Below, piece after piece: positions 60,271 to 64,000 of a DNA stretch of 64,000 nucleotides. Each line of letters opens with the position of its first letter. The stretch's first letter is position 1. Source of the DNA: an uncultured SAR86 cluster bacterium (GTDB lineage Bacteria; Pseudomonadota; Gammaproteobacteria; Magnimaribacterales; D2472); the NCBI GenBank assembly GCA_902518715.1, contig CABYHU010000003.1:54985-118984 (forward strand), read 5' to 3'. A model generated the notes under the pieces. It had not been told where the DNA came from. It ran no database searches and worked only from the letters and a program-made list of their open reading frames with translations. Both the position numbers and the translations under genes were made by a program.

Positions 60271-60641
60271 AAAACAACTTCTCCTGAATTAGTTTCTGAA
60301 ATCTCATAAATAAAATCTATATTCTTATCAATATCCTCTTTTGTTCTAAAAGGGCCGACATAAACAGCAGTTAAAGCATTATTGTTTGGCAAGGCTTCAG
60401 TATAAGCTGGAAAATAATTATTAATATTCTTTTTTAATGCATTTGCATTTTCTACATTTTCAAAAACATTTACTCTGACTACATACATCTCAAAATCATC
60501 TTTAGTCAAACTTCTTGCATTTGGCGCTAACTGGTAACTAATTGAATCTTGGTATTTAGGTTGAGGTGACAATACAAATATAAAAATTATTAATCCCATT
60601 AGAATTACAAATATTAAGCCAACAAATTTTTCTAAATTCAT
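60258..60641 (-). CDS. SPOR-domain protein (DedD-like position)
   Basis: 127 aa with an N-terminal TM helix and a C-terminal SPOR-like YVVRVNVFENVENANALKKNI...LTAVYVGPFRTKEDIDKNI. Confidence 0.55.
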   Translation of the reverse strand: MNLEKFVGLIFVILMGLIIFIFVLSPQPKYQDSISYQLAPNARSLTKDDFEMYVVRVNVFENVENANALKKNINNYFPAYTEALPNNNALTAVYVGPFRTKEDIDKNIDFIYEISETNSGEVVLWKP

Positions 60642-61489
60642 TTTGATATTTTATCCAAAATTCCAATTATTTTACTTCTTATTTCTGATCTATGAACAAT
60701 CATATCTATTGCTCCATGCTCAAGTAAAAATTCAGATTTTTGGAAGTCTTCAGGCAGTTCAACTCTTACCGTTTGCTCAATTACTCTTCTTCCTGCAAAA
60801 CCAACAAAAGCCTTTGGCTCTGCTATGTTGATATCGCCTAACATTGCTAAGCTTGCTGATACTCCTCCAAATATTGGATCAACCATTACAGAAATATAAG
60901 GCAACTTATTTGATTTTAATTTCTGTATTGCAGCAGATGTTTTTGCCATTTGCATAAGAGAAACCATTGATTCCTGCATTCTTGCTCCACCACTTGTCGA
61001 AAAACAAATAAATGGCGTATTAGTCTCTATTGCCTGCTGAATACCTTGAACAAATTTCTCTCCAACCACGCTTCCCATCGAGCCACCCATGAACTTAAAT
61101 TCAAATGCTGCAGCAGTTACCAAGCGTCCATCAAGTTTGCCAAATCCAACCAATAAAGCTTCACTTTCTCCAGTATTCTTTTTTGCTTCTTTAATTCTTG
61201 CAGGATATGCCTTAACGTCTTTGAAACCAAGAGGATCATTTGTTTCAACATTTGATGCAATTTCAGTGAAATTGCCATTATCAAAAAAAATATTAAACCT
61301 AGTTCTGGCACCGATCCTTAAGTGGTGATCACATTTTGGACACACATATAAGGTTTTTTGTAACTCAGGTTTATAAAGTGCTGATTCGCATGAAGGACAT
61401 GATGTCCAAACACCATCAGGAATCTTACTTTTTTTTGATTTGGAAGAACTCTTTCCTATTGACGGAATTAATCTTGTAAGCCAATTCAT
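60638..61489 (-). CDS. accD: Acetyl-CoA carboxylase carboxyltransferase beta subunit
   Basis: 283 aa with zinc ribbon CPSCESALYKPEL...CPKCDHH and FMGGSMG. Confidence 0.95.
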   Translation of the reverse strand: MNWLTRLIPSIGKSSSKSKKSKIPDGVWTSCPSCESALYKPELQKTLYVCPKCDHHLRIGARTRFNIFFDNGNFTEIASNVETNDPLGFKDVKAYPARIKEAKKNTGESEALLVGFGKLDGRLVTAAAFEFKFMGGSMGSVVGEKFVQGIQQAIETNTPFICFSTSGGARMQESMVSLMQMAKTSAAIQKLKSNKLPYISVMVDPIFGGVSASLAMLGDINIAEPKAFVGFAGRRVIEQTVRVELPEDFQKSEFLLEHGAIDMIVHRSEIRSKIIGILDKISK

Positions 61490-62274
61490 TATCTAATTGC
61501 ATCTTTCATATTACTAATATAATCACTTACTTCATGAAAGTCTTTATTTTCTGAATTTTTATAAATAAGCTCAACTATTGAAGATCCGATCACAATTCCA
61601 TCAGAAAAAGATGAGAGAAGCTTAGCGTCGTTGCTGTTCTTGATACCAAAACCTGCCATCACCGGAATAGATGAGATAGATTTTATATGTTTAATATTTT
61701 TTTCAATTTCATTTCCATCAAGATTTGATGATCCTGTAACTCCTCTCAAGGTCACATAATAAATAAAGCCTGTACTATTTTTTACAATTTCCTTAACTCT
61801 ATCTTTTGAAGTAGTTGGCGATACAAGTGAGATAACATCTAAATCTTGATTATCAATACCGTAGTCTTCAAGAGACAGCTCACCTGGAATATCAACCACC
61901 AAAACCCCATCAACACCCAGATCATGAGATCTATTAATCAAATCTTTATACATCAAGAAATTATTGATATACCCCATTAAAATAATTGGCGTATTAGAAT
62001 CTTTTTCTCTGAATTTGCCTACAAGATCAACAATTTTTTGCAGATTGGTCTGATTTTCTAAGCTTCTATCATGAGCTTGTTGTATTGTTGGGCCTTCAGC
62101 TATTGGATCAGTAAAGGGAACGCCAATTTCTAAGATATCTACCCCCGAATCAACACTTAAATGCATCAATTCAAGAGAAGTTTCTAGATCAGGATCTCCT
62201 GCAACTATATAACCAACAAAAGCTTTTTGATTATCTTGCGAAAGCTCTTTTAACTTCTTTTCAATCCTTTTCAA
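61489..62274 (-). CDS. trpA: Tryptophan synthase alpha chain
   Basis: 261 aa with [18 protein letters not shown]. The TTG start in a TTGA overlap with the trpB stop aligns with E. coli TrpA from residue 1. Confidence 0.93.
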   Translation of the reverse strand: MKRIEKKLKELSQDNQKAFVGYIVAGDPDLETSLELMHLSVDSGVDILEIGVPFTDPIAEGPTIQQAHDRSLENQTNLQKIVDLVGKFREKDSNTPIILMGYINNFLMYKDLINRSHDLGVDGVLVVDIPGELSLEDYGIDNQDLDVISLVSPTTSKDRVKEIVKNSTGFIYYVTLRGVTGSSNLDGNEIEKNIKHIKSISSIPVMAGFGIKNSNDAKLLSSFSDGIVIGSSIVELIYKNSENKDFHEVSDYISNMKDAIR

Positions 62275-63467
62275 AGCTTGATACCCTCTATTTCAACCAC
62301 GCTATTTAAGTCTTTGTCGCCTCTTCCTGATACGTTGATAACGATATGCTGATCTTCATTCATTTTTGGCATAAGCTCATCTAAGTAAGCAAATGCATGA
62401 GCTGTTTCTAGTGCAGGCAATATTCCTTCCATTTTATTTACCATATGAAAAGCTTTCATAACCTCATCATCTGAAACTGCAACATACTTAGCTCTTTTTA
62501 TATCTTTTAGCCATGAATGCTCAGGTCCTACACCTGGATAATCTAAGCCTGCTGAAATAGAAGCCGTTCCTTTTACTTGTCCACTTTCATCTTGCATCAA
62601 ATAACTTTTTGCACCATGAAGCACTCCAGGAGTACCGTCATTTAATGGAGCTGCATGTTCACCTGTTTCAATACCTTTGCCTGCTGCCTCGACGCCAATG
62701 AGTTCTACATTATCCATTTTAATAAAAGGATAAAAAATACCCATTGCATTTGATCCACCTCCAACACAGGCAATTATTGAATCTGGCATTCTTCCAAATG
62801 ATTCTTGTGATTGTTCAATTAACTCATATCCTACGACTGCATTGAAATCTCTTACAATCATCGGATAAGGATGAGGTCCTGTAACACTGCCTATGATGTA
62901 GTATGTATCTTCAATATTAGTAACCCAGTCTCTTAAAGCCTCATTGAGTGCATCCTTAAGAGTTGCTGAACCAGAATTTACTTCATGGACTTTAGCACCT
63001 AAAAGCTTCATTCTATATACATTAAGTGATTGTCTCCGTACATCCTCAGATCCCATGTATATATGACAATCTAATCCAAGCCTTGCCGCAACTGTAGCAG
63101 TTGCAACTCCATGTTGACCTGCGCCAGTTTCCGCAATAATTCTTTTTTTCCCCATATATTTAGCTAAAAGGATTTGTCCAACTGTATTATTTATTTTGTG
63201 AGCACCCGTATGATTTAGATCTTCTCTTTTTAACCAAATAGAAGCAGTGCTGTAATGCTCTGTAAGCCTTTTTGCAAAGTATAATGGAGATGGTCTGCCT
63301 ACAAATTCTGCAAGATCTTTGTGAAACTCCGCATTAAAATCATTGTTATCTTTTAGAGTTTTATAAGTTTGCTCTAGTTCATTGAGAGCATACATAAGAG
63401 TTTCTGGAACAAACTTGCCACCATATTCACCGAAGAATCCATCTTTATCTGGTAAGTTATCTTTCAT
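62271..63467 (-). CDS. trpB: Tryptophan synthase beta chain
   Basis: 398 aa with [11 protein letters not shown] (PLP Lys) and GGGSNAMG. Confidence 0.97.
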   Translation of the reverse strand: MKDNLPDKDGFFGEYGGKFVPETLMYALNELEQTYKTLKDNNDFNAEFHKDLAEFVGRPSPLYFAKRLTEHYSTASIWLKREDLNHTGAHKINNTVGQILLAKYMGKKRIIAETGAGQHGVATATVAARLGLDCHIYMGSEDVRRQSLNVYRMKLLGAKVHEVNSGSATLKDALNEALRDWVTNIEDTYYIIGSVTGPHPYPMIVRDFNAVVGYELIEQSQESFGRMPDSIIACVGGGSNAMGIFYPFIKMDNVELIGVEAAGKGIETGEHAAPLNDGTPGVLHGAKSYLMQDESGQVKGTASISAGLDYPGVGPEHSWLKDIKRAKYVAVSDDEVMKAFHMVNKMEGILPALETAHAFAYLDELMPKMNEDQHIVINVSGRGDKDLNSVVEIEGIKL

Positions 63468-64000
63468 TTCTCTATTAAGCTTAGTATTTTCGTAATTTTC
63501 GAGTGGTCTTTAAAGCCAGGAGCTGATTCTACCCCAGAATTAAAATCTAGACACCATGGATTTAACTTTAAGGCATTTTCTAAATTTTCAATAGATAACC
63601 CTCCTGAAAGAATTATCTTTTTATCAAGGAATAAATCTGTATTAAGTATTTCCCAATCAAAGCTGCTTCCAGTTCCTCCATAAATACCTTCTTTAAAGGT
63701 GTCACACAAAATTGCTTGTGCATTTTTGAAGTGTTTAATGTCTTCGAGAGACTTAGAATCTTTTATCCTTAATGCTTTCCAAAATTCGCAATCAAATAAT
63801 TTACAAAAATCTTCTGACTCATCGCCGTGAAATTGAATGATTGGATTTTCAAAGTAACTTAATGAAGAGTTAACAAATGATTTTTCAGGATTAACAAATA
63901 CGCAAACAGGCCTAGTTTTTTGAAAATCTATATTTTTTATCTCATTTATAAATGCATGAGTAACATTTCTAGGACTATTTTCATGAAAAATAAAACCAAC
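63464..64000 (-). CDS. trpF: Phosphoribosylanthranilate isomerase, 5' end beyond window edge
   Basis: I read the frame triplet by triplet from 63710 to 64000 and found no stop. Translation from the edge is [13 protein letters not shown]...VCVFVNPE...IQFHGDES...[12 protein letters not shown], typical TrpF. The track's 81-aa version starts at an internal TTG only because no upstream start codon lies inside the window. Confidence 0.85.
   Translation of the reverse strand, partial: VGFIFHENSPRNVTHAFINEIKNIDFQKTRPVCVFVNPEKSFVNSSLSYFENPIIQFHGDESEDFCKLFDCEFWKALRIKDSKSLEDIKHFKNAQAILCDTFKEGIYGGTGSSFDWEILNTDLFLDKKIILSGGLSIENLENALKLNPWCLDFNSGVESAPGFKDHSKITKILSLIEK

Noticed and set aside
63464-63709. 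Track entry showing trpF as an 81-aa ORF, which looks like a truncated pseudogene.
   Set aside because: This is an artefact of requiring a start codon inside the window. The frame is open to position 64000 and encodes the conserved TrpF N-terminal region.

Overview
AT-rich (by eye about one-third G+C, not computed), very gene-dense chromosomal window. I call about 74 protein-coding genes (two run off the window edges), 2 tRNAs, 3 clear hairpin terminators and 1 LexA operator/promoter. I see no rRNA, CRISPR array, transposase, integrase or phage gene. Most of the content is core housekeeping in gammaproteobacterial synteny: smc-zipA-ligA; System I cytochrome c maturation ccmABCDEFGH plus a CcmI-like gene; trpF-trpB-trpA-accD-SPOR-cvpA-purF; ppiB-lpxH; umuDC behind a near-consensus gamma-type SOS box; and acnB, purL, uvrB, alaS, thrS, cysS, lysC, pyrC, folE, metY. 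The composition, tiny spacers and many start/stop overlaps suggest a streamlined marine gammaproteobacterium; 'SAR86-like' is only a guess. I found no defence island or mobile element, so most of the window is ordinary. The parts worth a second look are: (1) a family of secreted, Cys-bracketed, Trp-rich modules that look ABM/ferredoxin-like, in two tandem two-module lipoproteins (33603-35295) and a single-module relative (24292-24726), each locus also carrying an NTF2-fold protein; (2) an SMC homologue of only about 727 aa with intact heads but no recognisable hinge; (3) a three-gene hydrolase cluster (18861-22932) that includes an alpha/beta-hydrolase fused to an 8-TM membrane domain; (4) a photolyase-related gene that appears to lack the Fe-S CxxC, coupled to an unlisted DUF2256 mini-ORF. 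The supplied ORF track accepts ATG/GTG/TTG and takes the most upstream start. I corrected several starts and added ccmD, DUF2256, both tRNAs and the two edge-truncated genes by reading the sequence.
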